Shown: positions 9,172 to 17,818 of the stretch, one piece after another
Layout: each line of letters opens with the position of its first letter
Position numbering within the stretch: position 1 is the first letter of the stretch
DNA from: Pseudobdellovibrionaceae bacterium
GTDB lineage: Bacteria > Bdellovibrionota > Bdellovibrionia > Bdellovibrionales > JAMPXM01
NCBI GenBank assembly: GCA_023701225.1
Contig: JAMPXM010000003.1
Span: 1 to 43,962 of the forward strand
Length of the DNA stretch: 43,962 nt
Reading direction: 5' to 3'
The notes under the pieces: model-generated
What the model was told of the DNA's origin: nothing
The model's database searches: none
The model's input: the letters and a program-made list of their open reading frames with translations, nothing else
Program-made: the position numbers and the translations under genes

Positions 9172-10125
9172 TCATTCCAACATCCCGTAAAAGCTTGCGG
9201 AACCGAGTCGACCTGTTCCGTCGACTCCAATGCGTTTGACGTCGCCTTGAAAGCGGGCGTAACGCGCGAGTGTCGCTCGCTCCAGTTCGAAGTGATAAAC
9301 AGCACCGGTGAGCGATCCGTCTTTGACCTCGGGCACCTTGAATCGCATCACCTTGCTCGTGAGATCGTAGGTGGCATCAAATATACGGGCGCCAAGAACT
9401 GTTGTTTGAACCTCTTCCGTCGATTGATGATTGCCTTTCGCCGTGAAGTCCTTGAGGAGTACTTTCACGTCAACACGCGAACCGTTGAGTTTGAGTTCAA
9501 AGCGGGACTGTCGCGGTGAAATCGTTTTGATCGTGCTGTCGGGACTGTTCGGATAACCGGGATCGATGGTGGTAAAGACTTCCTTCACCTTGGATGCTTG
9601 TTGGACATTCGCGTTTTCGAAAACGAGTTGCTGGATGTGACGACGCCGCTCCTGATTGGTGATGCAAATGTCGAGATCACGCGCCATCTTTTCGTTACCG
9701 GCTTCGAGCTCTTTCCACTTTTCCACCCACTCGACGAGATCCGGATCTTCGCCCTCTTCGAGTTCGGCATAGGTCAGACATTCAAGAGATTCAAACTCAT
9801 CAAGCTTTTCGCTCTCTTCGAGTGTCAGCGCATCCAACTCCACCTGCAGTTGATCCAAGTCGCTCGTGGCTTGCAAAACTTTGGAGATCATTACCGCAGA
9901 ATCCGGATCATTGGTGAAGGACTCCGGCCAAAGAAAGATCGTGAAGGATTCCGGCTTGATCGTGCCCAATTCCCTCTCCAACTTCATTGCACGCGTTGGA
10001 ATCGTCGGAGGTTGATTGGGCGCCTGCAATGGCTCGACCGTGCACGCGACGCCAGCCAGAACCGCGAAGACGGAGACAAAGAACGCGAGTCGTGAAGAAT
10101 ATGAACGCATACCAATCACTCCCAT
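9172..10125 (-). CDS. Hypothetical lipoprotein with a coiled-coil segment and beta-rich C-terminal domain
   Basis: Hydrophobic N-terminus with lipobox LAGVAC. ATG immediately follows the upstream stop; alternative start at 10110. Confidence 0.7.
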   Translation of the reverse strand: MGVIGMRSYSSRLAFFVSVFAVLAGVACTVEPLQAPNQPPTIPTRAMKLERELGTIKPESFTIFLWPESFTNDPDSAVMISKVLQATSDLDQLQVELDALTLEESEKLDEFESLECLTYAELEEGEDPDLVEWVEKWKELEAGNEKMARDLDICITNQERRRHIQQLVFENANVQQASKVKEVFTTIDPGYPNSPDSTIKTISPRQSRFELKLNGSRVDVKVLLKDFTAKGNHQSTEEVQTTVLGARIFDATYDLTSKVMRFKVPEVKDGSLTGAVYHFELERATLARYARFQGDVKRIGVDGTGRLGSASFYGMLE

Positions 10126-11370
10126 TCAGAAAAACATCGCCAACTCAAAGGCGCCAACAGTATTCTTACGGACGTTCCGACCAGCGAAGACTTGCGAGCC
10201 CGTGAGTGTCGCCTCAAACGGAACCGGAAAGCGCTTCTCGCGAAACAGCGCGATCGTGCTGTAACCGATGCTTCCGAGCGCTGATGCCATCGCCTGCTCG
10301 GTGTCGGTTTCTAAATAGTCATAGCGATAGCTGTCATAGCTGGCGCCACGGTAATCATCTTTTTGCTTGTACTGGGCCGATGCGCCGGCCGAAAGAGTCC
10401 AAAGGTCCGTGAGTTTATAGCGACCCGTCAGAGACGCCTGTACGCTGTCGCCCAGGTTCATCTTCGTTCGCGAATCGACGTCGGGAGTGAGAGTTTCGTT
10501 CGGGACCGTTGGAATCCGCAGCGAGACTCGCGTCGGCAATTGATTCAGATAGTGAGCCGCACCCGTCAAAGTCCAGCGACCGGACGGGAAATAGTCCGTG
10601 ACGACACCCAAGCCGACATCGAATTGCCCGTCTCCGCCCGCGACATCGAACACATCGTTGATGTCTGCCCGGCGACCTGTCGGCATCACCATGCGCGGCT
10701 GCAGGGTCACGCCGAGTTTCGTCGTTTCCAGCATTCGCACTTTTGTGACGAGTGTGACATCACCCATTTGGGTCTTCTGGGCATCGCGCGGTGGTTTGTA
10801 CCCCTTGGAGGCGAACTCCGTCTGCACGACGTTCTGAAGCTTCGGTTCGTTCTGCAAAACTTTGTTGTGTCGACCGTCTGCCGAAAGCGTCTGTAAGCCC
10901 CGCTCAACCGAAGGATACGCGGTCCAGCCCGTAGCGACATTGACGTGGCTATAGATCACAGGTACGGCAACGGCCATGGTCACTTTCGGCGTCAGTCCGT
11001 AGGCCAAAACTGGAACTGTCGCGGTCACACGCGAGTTGACGATGCCATGCGTTTGGCCAACGGGTTCATTCAAACTAAACCCGCGCGCAAGAAGATAGCC
11101 CCGCAAGGTGTGACGATCCATTCCTGGCGACTGAGCTTTGGCGAGGTCTTCCCACGTGATGGTTTTGTTCATTTGAGCGGCGAGTCCCTCGGTGCGTCCT
11201 TGCGCATTGAAGACATCAGCCACAGTTGTCGTGAGTGTCGTGACACGCACGTTACGAACCTTCGCTGGCAATACCGCAGCGCTATCGCTAGAAAAAGGGA
11301 CGGTGAGATCGCCGGCATGCCCGACCGCGGTCAAGACACTTGCCAAACAAAAAACGATTCGCTTCATCAT
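10126..11370 (-). CDS. Putative outer-membrane beta-barrel protein
   Basis: Signal peptide ending GHA; alternating amphipathic strands; MGDVTL, PTG and GDGQFD motifs; C-terminal aromatic signal (AFELAMFF). Confidence 0.65.
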   Translation of the reverse strand: MMKRIVFCLASVLTAVGHAGDLTVPFSSDSAAVLPAKVRNVRVTTLTTTVADVFNAQGRTEGLAAQMNKTITWEDLAKAQSPGMDRHTLRGYLLARGFSLNEPVGQTHGIVNSRVTATVPVLAYGLTPKVTMAVAVPVIYSHVNVATGWTAYPSVERGLQTLSADGRHNKVLQNEPKLQNVVQTEFASKGYKPPRDAQKTQMGDVTLVTKVRMLETTKLGVTLQPRMVMPTGRRADINDVFDVAGGDGQFDVGLGVVTDYFPSGRWTLTGAAHYLNQLPTRVSLRIPTVPNETLTPDVDSRTKMNLGDSVQASLTGRYKLTDLWTLSAGASAQYKQKDDYRGASYDSYRYDYLETDTEQAMASALGSIGYSTIALFREKRFPVPFEATLTGSQVFAGRNVRKNTVGAFELAMFF

Positions 11371-11408
11371 CCTACGCCTCTGCAATTCGAACATTGGATT
11401 CGAAACAG

Positions 11409-11442
11409 ACAAGGCACTCGTAGCGATCTACGAATGCCTTGT
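11409..11442 (-). terminator. Intra-operon 15-bp stem-loop (terminator or mRNA stabiliser)
   Basis: Minus strand ACAAGGCATTCGTAG-ATCG-CTACGAGTGCCTTGT (one G.U pair), followed by CTGTTTC. Confidence 0.6.
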
Positions 11443-11467
11443 TTCGTCACACAAACAGGTTCACCGA

Positions 11468-12325
11468 TTACCAGTTATTCAAAAGATCCAGCGCTTCGCG
11501 CTGCGCGCGGCGCGTTTCTGGAGCCATACGGGGATTCAGTTGTGCGGCATCGGCGCGCACAAACGATTCCAGAAGAGCGCGGCCTTCATCGGCTTTCTCG
11601 ATATCGCGCAAAAGTTCCGCGTAGAACGTGTTGTTATAACCGTTCACGCTGTAGATCGTGCCGGGTGCTTTGGTTTTGGATACGGCCGACTGCAAATATT
11701 TTTCAGCGCGTTTGTTGCTGCCGCCGAGAAGAGCGGGAATCTGATGATTTCCGCGGCCCAAGGTCCGCAGAGGACCGTAGTCTTGGATCGAAGAAAAGCC
11801 GAGATCGATGATCAATTGCATTGTCGCCTTGAGATCCGGCCAGCGTCCCAAGGATTCCGTCACGCCGTTGGCTTGTCCCCACTGTCCCAGATTCGCTCCG
11901 CGCTGATAGAGCGCTTCCGCGAGAACCTTAAGATCGTCCGCTTGAAACTGCGATTTCAGCAGAGCGACGTTGGCCTGAGTGACGTCCGTGATACCAAATT
12001 CGGCCACCGCTTTTTCGCCGGCCGCCAAACCAGCGAGGTGATGTTGAATTTTCAGGGCCTTGTCATCGCTCGCATGACCCAGAAAATACAGCGCTTCGCT
12101 TTGCGCCGAAAGATACTTCGCGCGCGCAACCGCAGTCGTCTGCTCGGCAGCCAGTTCGCCATACAATTGAGCCGCGGTTTGGGCTTGTGCTTTGCCGGCG
12201 GCATCGTATTCACGAGCCTGGTAAGCGGCTTCCGCTTGCGCCAACTTTTCCGTTGAAGCGGAGGCATGCCCGCTGACGAGAGCGGCGGCCAACGTACACA
12301 GAACGGTTTTCATTCCCACTTTCAT
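11468..12325 (-). CDS. Secreted all-alpha TPR-like protein resembling the TatT family
   Basis: Strong SD (GGAGGAG); signal peptide ending ASA; helical repeats; LGR..HQIPALLGGS..RAEKYL motif recalls TatT-like proteins. Confidence 0.6.
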   Translation of the reverse strand: MKVGMKTVLCTLAAALVSGHASASTEKLAQAEAAYQAREYDAAGKAQAQTAAQLYGELAAEQTTAVARAKYLSAQSEALYFLGHASDDKALKIQHHLAGLAAGEKAVAEFGITDVTQANVALLKSQFQADDLKVLAEALYQRGANLGQWGQANGVTESLGRWPDLKATMQLIIDLGFSSIQDYGPLRTLGRGNHQIPALLGGSNKRAEKYLQSAVSKTKAPGTIYSVNGYNNTFYAELLRDIEKADEGRALLESFVRADAAQLNPRMAPETRRAQREALDLLNNW

Positions 12326-12558
12326 CACGAGCTCCTCCTGCACAAATTAGGTCGGTTACAAAAATGACTTTCTGTCGGCTATCTCGATCCCTAGGTGAGG
12401 TATCAAGCTGATTTGGCGAAAGCAATGCCTTTGCGTTTTCTCAAACGCGCCTAGGGCGTTGTTTACCAGGTGATAAACAGAAGTAATAGGAATGTGTCAG
12501 GAGGGAGAAAATCGAATAGACTATTTTGCGTGGATATGAGGTCGCGGCGGGATCGTTT

Positions 12559-12636
12559 TTAATTCACGATCACGTTCACGACAAAAAACAAAACCACGGA
12601 ATAGACGAAAAGAAGGATGATCTTGTTTGATAACAC
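12559..12636 (-). CDS. Putative 25-aa single-TM small protein MLSNKIILLFVYSVVLFFVVNVIVN
   Basis: GTG start 9 nt after GGAG; about 19 residues almost all hydrophobic; directly downstream of a good sigma70 promoter. Below the ORF-track size cutoff. Confidence 0.5.
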   Translation of the reverse strand: MLSNKIILLFVYSVVLFFVVNVIVN

Positions 12637-12663
12637 GGTCACTTGCTCCGAATTTGCATTGTT

Positions 12664-12714
12664 AACCCTAAGCTAAGAGCCATGACAAGCGATGTCAATA
12701 CTTAGCCTAGGGTT
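12664..12714 (-). promoter_or_regulatory. Sigma70 promoter embedded in a 14-bp inverted repeat
   Basis: Minus strand TTGACA (12698-12693)-N17-TAGCTT (12675-12670). Arms AACCCTAAGCTAAG and CTTAGCCTAGGGTT, with an inner TGACA/TGTCA pair. Confidence 0.6.
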
Positions 12715-12723
12715 TTCAGTGCC

Positions 12724-14121
12724 TTAGTGCGTCGCGTCTTCCTGCGCGATTTCTCCGACAAGATCATAGTCATGCGAATCAGTGATCCGTACCTGGACGA
12801 TCTCGCCCACCGCCGCCTGACCATCATTGATATAGATAACGCCATCGATGTCGGGGGCTTGCTGCGCCATCCGGCCTTTGAGGAGCAATTCCGTCTCCTC
12901 GCTCAGACCTTCGACCAGGACGGGAACGACGCGGCCGACGAAGGCACGATGCTTTTCGCGGCTGATGTCCATCTGCAGCTCCATCAACTCGTCATGGCGG
13001 CGCTGCTTTATTTCTTCATCGATCTGATCTTCGAATCGACCTGCCGGGGTGTTGTCCTCGGGTGAATACATAAAGCAGCCAACCCGGTCAAAACGCTGTT
13101 CACGGACAAACTCCAGAAGTTCTTGAAAGTCCTCTTCCGTCTCGCCGGGGAAGCCGACAATAAACTGCGTCCGAATCACGGCATCGGGAATTTCTTGGCG
13201 GATCTTCGCCAATCGATCGGAAATTTCCTCGCGAGTCATCTGGCGATTCATACGCTTGAGCATCGCATTGCTAATGTGCTGTAACGGCATGTCGAAGTAC
13301 TTGACCAGTTTCGGACGGGTTTTGATGAGTTCGATCATTTCGTCCGAAATGCCATCCGGATAGAGATACAAAACCCGCACCCAATCCAAACCGTCGATCT
13401 CCGACAGCGCCGCCAGTAAAGCCTCCGGCCGCTCGGAAGCCCCGGTTTCTTTTTTACGTAGGTCCCAGCCGAAATCCGTAAAATCATGAGAAATGATATT
13501 GAGCTCGCGGACCCCCCCTGCCACCAGGAGCTTGGCTTCGTTGACGATCGCGGTCAAACGACGCGACTGCAAATTCCCGCGGATCTTTGGAATCGCGCAA
13601 AACGCGCAGCGCTTGAGGCACCCCTCGGAAATTTTCAAGTAGGCCGTGTATTTTGGCTGCGAGTTCACGCGTGGCGAGTTCTCTTCTTGAAGGTAGGTCG
13701 GCAGATTGAAGTACGTCTTCTTTCCGAGACCGGCCTCCTCTTCACGCAGGATTTGGGAGATATTCTGAAACTCGCCCGAGCCGATGAACACGTCGGCTTC
13801 CGGCAACCCTTCGACGAGTTCCTCTTTATAGCGCTGGGTCAGACAGCCCGCGACGACCAGCTTTTTTAAATTGCCGGCCTTCTTCAGTTCCGCCATCTCC
13901 AGGATCTTGGAAATCGATTCCTTTTTCGCATCGTCGATGAACCCGCAGGTGTTCACGACCACCGTATCAGCCTGACTGGAGTCATCGGTTACGACGTAAC
14001 CATCGCGCATCAGATGCCCCAGCATGATTTCACCATCGACGAGGTTTTTCGGACAGCCGAGGCTGACGAAATGGACCTTCTTAGGCTCGGACGCGGGGGT
14101 GGTCGAAGTTTCGTGTTTCAT
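12724..14121 (-). CDS. rimO: Ribosomal protein S12 methylthiotransferase RimO
   Basis: SLGCPKNLVD, NTCGFI, CLKRCAFC radical SAM motif and APDIDG TRAM domain. Start chosen by AGGAG SD. Confidence 0.96.
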   Translation of the reverse strand: MKHETSTTPASEPKKVHFVSLGCPKNLVDGEIMLGHLMRDGYVVTDDSSQADTVVVNTCGFIDDAKKESISKILEMAELKKAGNLKKLVVAGCLTQRYKEELVEGLPEADVFIGSGEFQNISQILREEEAGLGKKTYFNLPTYLQEENSPRVNSQPKYTAYLKISEGCLKRCAFCAIPKIRGNLQSRRLTAIVNEAKLLVAGGVRELNIISHDFTDFGWDLRKKETGASERPEALLAALSEIDGLDWVRVLYLYPDGISDEMIELIKTRPKLVKYFDMPLQHISNAMLKRMNRQMTREEISDRLAKIRQEIPDAVIRTQFIVGFPGETEEDFQELLEFVREQRFDRVGCFMYSPEDNTPAGRFEDQIDEEIKQRRHDELMELQMDISREKHRAFVGRVVPVLVEGLSEETELLLKGRMAQQAPDIDGVIYINDGQAAVGEIVQVRITDSHDYDLVGEIAQEDATH

Positions 14122-14154
14122 ATTTTCAGTTCTCCTGATGGATGCCGCCAACGC

Positions 14155-14643
14155 TTAGGAGCGCATGTTTGTGAATTGAAGCGGGATCCCGAATTTACCG
14201 GCTTTACAATGTGAGATGGTCGCCTGCAGTTCATCGATGCTTTTGGATGTCACACGCACTTGCTCATCCATAATCTGCGACTGCACCTTGAGTTTGCTGT
14301 CTTTGATACTTTTAACGATGGCCTTGGCCGCGTCTTTGTCGATCCCTTGCTGAAGCGTACCCTTTTGCTTCCAGAGCATCCCGCCCGCGGGCTCGGCCTT
14401 TTCCCATTTGACGGAACTCATCTCAACGCCACGTTTGTGCAGTTTGGTTTGCAAAATGTCACGCACGACATCCACGCGTTTTTCATCGTTGGATGTGAGC
14501 GTGATCAATGTTTTTTTGTCCCACTCCATGGCGCTGCTGGTGCCACGCAGATCATAGCGACTTTCGAGTTCTTTTTTCGCCTGATTGACGGCGTTGTCGA
14601 CCTCTTGCAGATTCACTTCCGAAACAATATCAAACGACGGCAT
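14155..14643 (-). CDS. yajQ: YajQ family nucleotide/c-di-GMP-binding protein
   Basis: MPSFDIVS, NAVNQA..E...RYD, KVQ.QI and PLQF.N.R signatures. Confidence 0.95.
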   Translation of the reverse strand: MPSFDIVSEVNLQEVDNAVNQAKKELESRYDLRGTSSAMEWDKKTLITLTSNDEKRVDVVRDILQTKLHKRGVEMSSVKWEKAEPAGGMLWKQKGTLQQGIDKDAAKAIVKSIKDSKLKVQSQIMDEQVRVTSKSIDELQATISHCKAGKFGIPLQFTNMRS

Positions 14644-14655
14644 ACAAGAACCTCA

Positions 14656-14722
14656 GTCTCACGATTTCTGTCTCACGATTTCTGTCTCACGATTTCTGTC
14701 TCACGATTTCTGTCTCACGATT
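14656..14722. repeat. 14-bp perfect tandem repeat (GTCTCACGATTTCT) x4.8
   Basis: Units start at 14656, 14670, 14684 and 14698, with a partial unit at 14712. Fills the lolA-yajQ gap. Confidence 0.97.
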
Positions 14723-15536
14723 AAAGAGTAGTGATGTCAGCGTTTTCCGGCGGTACGAATTCGAACGCCGTATCCACGACCGGCACGTCGAATTTCACGT
14801 TCGAAAACTGCATGCGCGTTTCGTTATCGCGTTCGTCCCAATATCGAAGTTCCGCGATGTAACGACCATCGGCTGACAACGTCATTTGCGCGCGTCGAAA
14901 TTCGAAAGTCTTCTGGGTTGGGATAAGAAAGTAAACGCTCCGTGCTTGGTCATCACGCTGTACGCCGGCGACATCAAAATGCTTCAGCACGCCTCCACGC
15001 GTAAGCAAGCCTACGAATCCTTGCTGCGTGCCCTTCTTTGAATCGATCTGACCCTTCAGAACCTGGACCGACGCATTTTTAAACTCTGCAGGAGGATAAT
15101 CCGCGACCCACAAATTATTTCCGTTAACGACGACCAGAGATTTATCCGGAGCATTGATTTCCAGGCGCATTTTCCCCCGCGACAGGAGGATATGCCCCTT
15201 GGATTTCTTTTCTTTGCCGAGCAGTCCGAGAACGAGAGTTTTATCGACATCCATCGTGACGGATCGCGCTTTTTGATAACGTGTATCCAACGTCTTCAGG
15301 GCTTTCATTTCAGCCGTCTGTGCTGCCGCAGGTGCCGATTCGCCCTTGACCCGTTTGAGTGTCGCGGTTTTTTTTGCGGGCGCAGGCGACTCCGTCTTTG
15401 TCACGGGCGCTTCCGCGGACGAGGTCGGTGTCGTGGATTTCATGACGTCGTCAGGTAAATCGCCCGCGAAGGAGTGCGTGCTGAGAAGTGCCGCCAGCAT
15501 CGAAGCGAATGCCAAAAAGAGCTTTGAAAAATTCAT
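14721..15536 (-). CDS. lolA: Outer membrane lipoprotein carrier LolA family
   Basis: Signal peptide; GKMRLE...P...LVVVNG..LW and F.F.PP.NAD motifs; Pro/Thr/Ala-rich N-terminal linker. Confidence 0.8.
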   Translation of the reverse strand: MNFSKLFLAFASMLAALLSTHSFAGDLPDDVMKSTTPTSSAEAPVTKTESPAPAKKTATLKRVKGESAPAAAQTAEMKALKTLDTRYQKARSVTMDVDKTLVLGLLGKEKKSKGHILLSRGKMRLEINAPDKSLVVVNGNNLWVADYPPAEFKNASVQVLKGQIDSKKGTQQGFVGLLTRGGVLKHFDVAGVQRDDQARSVYFLIPTQKTFEFRRAQMTLSADGRYIAELRYWDERDNETRMQFSNVKFDVPVVDTAFEFVPPENADITTL

Positions 15537-15548
15537 TGGCGCACCATA

Positions 15549-16223
15549 TCAAAAGCGGCCATATTCCGCAAGCTTGGGGCGACTCGCCAAAGCCCAGGCC
15601 TCAAACCGGATCGGCTCTCCCAAGGCGACATAGGCGGCTCTCGAGGTGGCTCCTGTTGTAAAGACATCATCCACGAATGTGAGCACCTCGGAGGGAGCCA
15701 CGTTTGGTAAGAATTTCACGCGGAAGTGACGTCGCTGACGATCCTCCGCTCGCAACTGCTTTTGCGGCAACGCCGCCGGGTCTTCGCTTTGTAAACAGTC
15801 GATCAGACGTGTTCCCCATGTGTCCGCCAACGCGGTGGCAAACGCGTAGGCATGATCCGGCTGTCCGCGACTGGAAGGGGCGGGAACAAAAATGCGCGGG
15901 CCCAGTCCGATTTCTAGTTCGCGCGCGGCCCACCGTTCCGCAATCGCGCGCCACGCATGTGATCGTCTTGCGCCTTTGAGCGCATGAACGGCGTTTCCCA
16001 CATACGAATCCGTCAGAGGTGTCCAGGTATACAACCAACGCGAGAGAAACCCGTTTTGCCAAGAGTGCGCGTGAGCCTCCGGCTCCTCCAATTCTCGCCA
16101 GCGCGATTTGCAAGATTGGCAAAAAAGATCGACGCCATGCCATTCGAGCCAGCCGCAACGAACGCACGCGTAACATGTCGTACGTAATTGATGAAGCCAC
16201 CGCACCGGATCGCAGAACTGCAT
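15549..16223 (-). CDS. comF: ComF family protein (zinc ribbon plus PRTase domain)
   Basis: CVRC...CQSC, VPAP, QK.L...DR and VDDVFTTGAT motifs. Start uncertain. Confidence 0.75.
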   Translation of the reverse strand: MQFCDPVRWLHQLRTTCYACVRCGWLEWHGVDLFCQSCKSRWRELEEPEAHAHSWQNGFLSRWLYTWTPLTDSYVGNAVHALKGARRSHAWRAIAERWAARELEIGLGPRIFVPAPSSRGQPDHAYAFATALADTWGTRLIDCLQSEDPAALPQKQLRAEDRQRRHFRVKFLPNVAPSEVLTFVDDVFTTGATSRAAYVALGEPIRFEAWALASRPKLAEYGRF

Positions 16224-16316
16224 GCCGAATCGATCCTGCAAGCCTGAATGCAGGACCGCGCGGCCTCTGTGCGCCGGCATACGAAGATCCGCATTCGGAT
16301 CCCGGCCACCTTCGGC

Positions 16317-16787
16317 TTACTCGTTATGGTAGGGAATGTTCCGCCAGATCGTAAGTGCACGGTACAACTGCTCTAGAGCGACGGCTTGTGCGATATGATG
16401 GTTCAAGACCAGTGGCGAAAGCGACCAAATCCAATCCGCCCGCGCTCTTAAGTCTTCACTTGCACCAAACGCGCCGCCGACGACCACCACCACGCGCTGA
16501 CGTCCGCGCTCGAACGCTTGCACCAAGCGATTGGAGAACCGAAGGGAGTCCAAAGGTACGCCCCGCTCATCACAGAGGATCACAAGGTCTTCTTTTGCGA
16601 TGGACTTTAGAAGCGTCTGTGATTCCGCCTCGCGCTTGGCTGAACCGGAGGACCGATCCAGCTTCGCTGGCTTTTGGCGAATCACTTCAAAAGGGACGAA
16701 ATGCCGGATCTTGCGCTCGTACTCAGCGGACAGCTCTAAGAGCCATGGCTCCTTATGTCCGCCGATCGTGAGCAACGCGAGCTTCAT
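16317..16787 (-). CDS. rlmH: 23S rRNA pseudouridine-1915 N3-methyltransferase
   Basis: DERG, GGAFG, SLSPLVLNH, LEQLYRA and PYH motifs. ATGA overlap with the upstream gene. Confidence 0.95.
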   Translation of the reverse strand: MKLALLTIGGHKEPWLLELSAEYERKIRHFVPFEVIRQKPAKLDRSSGSAKREAESQTLLKSIAKEDLVILCDERGVPLDSLRFSNRLVQAFERGRQRVVVVVGGAFGASEDLRARADWIWSLSPLVLNHHIAQAVALEQLYRALTIWRNIPYHNE

Positions 16788-17818
16788 GTGGCGGGCGCCG
16801 CCGGAAGCTCCAACACCCGAGCGGGCTTCCATAGATCTTCGAGACGATACTCTTGGCGGACGTAATCATAGAACACATGCACGATCAGCGCGCCGTAATC
16901 GACCAAAACCCAGCGGCCTTCCGACATGCCTTCCACGCTCTGCGGAAGCACGCCGTATTCTTCTTTGACTTCACGAACGACGGATTCGGCGAGCGACTGC
17001 GCATGGCGCGTGCTGGTGCCGCTGGCAATGAGTGTGAACTCTGTAGGAGCTTCGATTTTGCGCAAATCAAATCCGCGCACGTTGATCGCCTTGCGCGCAT
17101 TGAGTTTATCACCGCAGAACTTCGTGAACTCCTCATAATCACCGATACGGTCTTTGAGCGGTCCGTAAAGTTGCGCGCCGCGAATGTACTCTTCGACGGG
17201 AATCGTTAAATGACGATCGACGCTCCGCCCGGACCGCAAGCGCTTGCGGACTTCGCTCGCGGAAACATCCACGTCCTGCAATCGAACAAAATCAATTCCA
17301 CGTCCGCTCTCGAGCTGCACATAGCTGCGGTCAAACGCGGCGACGTGCTTTTTCACGCCTTCCGGCAGCTCGTCGGCGGAAAACGGCAACTGATGACCCG
17401 GACGCGAGCAAACCACGAGGTTCGCAATCTGCAAAATGCGCTCGTAGTCTTTCCAAGTATCGAAGATTTCAAATTGGTCGAGACCGATGATGAAGTACAG
17501 GTCGTCGGCCTTCACGCGCTTGGCGTATTCTTCCAATGTATCAATGGAATAACTCGGTCCGCCCCGCTTCAGTTCCAGATCATCGATCTGAACAAAGTCC
17601 ATGTCGGCGAGACCAATTCGCAACATCTCCAAACGCTGCTCGTTGGTGGGGCCCTCGACGGGAAGCTTTTTCGGATTGCGCGCGGCCGGAACGACGACGA
17701 TCGTATCCAAACCCAACCGATTGCGAACCGTGGCGATCGCGTTGATATGACCCGTATGAAGGGGATTGAATGTCCCCCCGAAAATTCCAATGCGTTGATC
17801 AACTGTGTTTTGCGCCAA
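16784..17818 (-). CDS. nadD: Fused nicotinate-nucleotide adenylyltransferase / ribosome silencing factor (NadD-RsfS)
   Basis: N-terminal IFGGTFNPLHTGH, SYSIDT, FIIGLD, SASEVR; C-terminal IASGTSTRH, WVLVDYG..IVHVF....R..Y.LEDLW. One continuous frame; TTG start after GGGAG. Confidence 0.9.
   Translation of the reverse strand: MAQNTVDQRIGIFGGTFNPLHTGHINAIATVRNRLGLDTIVVVPAARNPKKLPVEGPTNEQRLEMLRIGLADMDFVQIDDLELKRGGPSYSIDTLEEYAKRVKADDLYFIIGLDQFEIFDTWKDYERILQIANLVVCSRPGHQLPFSADELPEGVKKHVAAFDRSYVQLESGRGIDFVRLQDVDVSASEVRKRLRSGRSVDRHLTIPVEEYIRGAQLYGPLKDRIGDYEEFTKFCGDKLNARKAINVRGFDLRKIEAPTEFTLIASGTSTRHAQSLAESVVREVKEEYGVLPQSVEGMSEGRWVLVDYGALIVHVFYDYVRQEYRLEDLWKPARVLELPAAPAT

Noticed and set aside
11192-12256. 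354-aa plus-strand ORF
   Set aside because: Antisense to a gene with a strong SD and signal peptide; no recognisable motifs.
12414-12430. Sigma54-like GG-N10-GC motif on the minus strand (and a similar one at 35980-35993)
   Set aside because: Poor match to TGGCAC-N5-TTGC; such matches are expected by chance.
14656-14722. Possible CRISPR array
   Set aside because: The 14-bp units are contiguous with no spacers, and there are no cas genes in the window.
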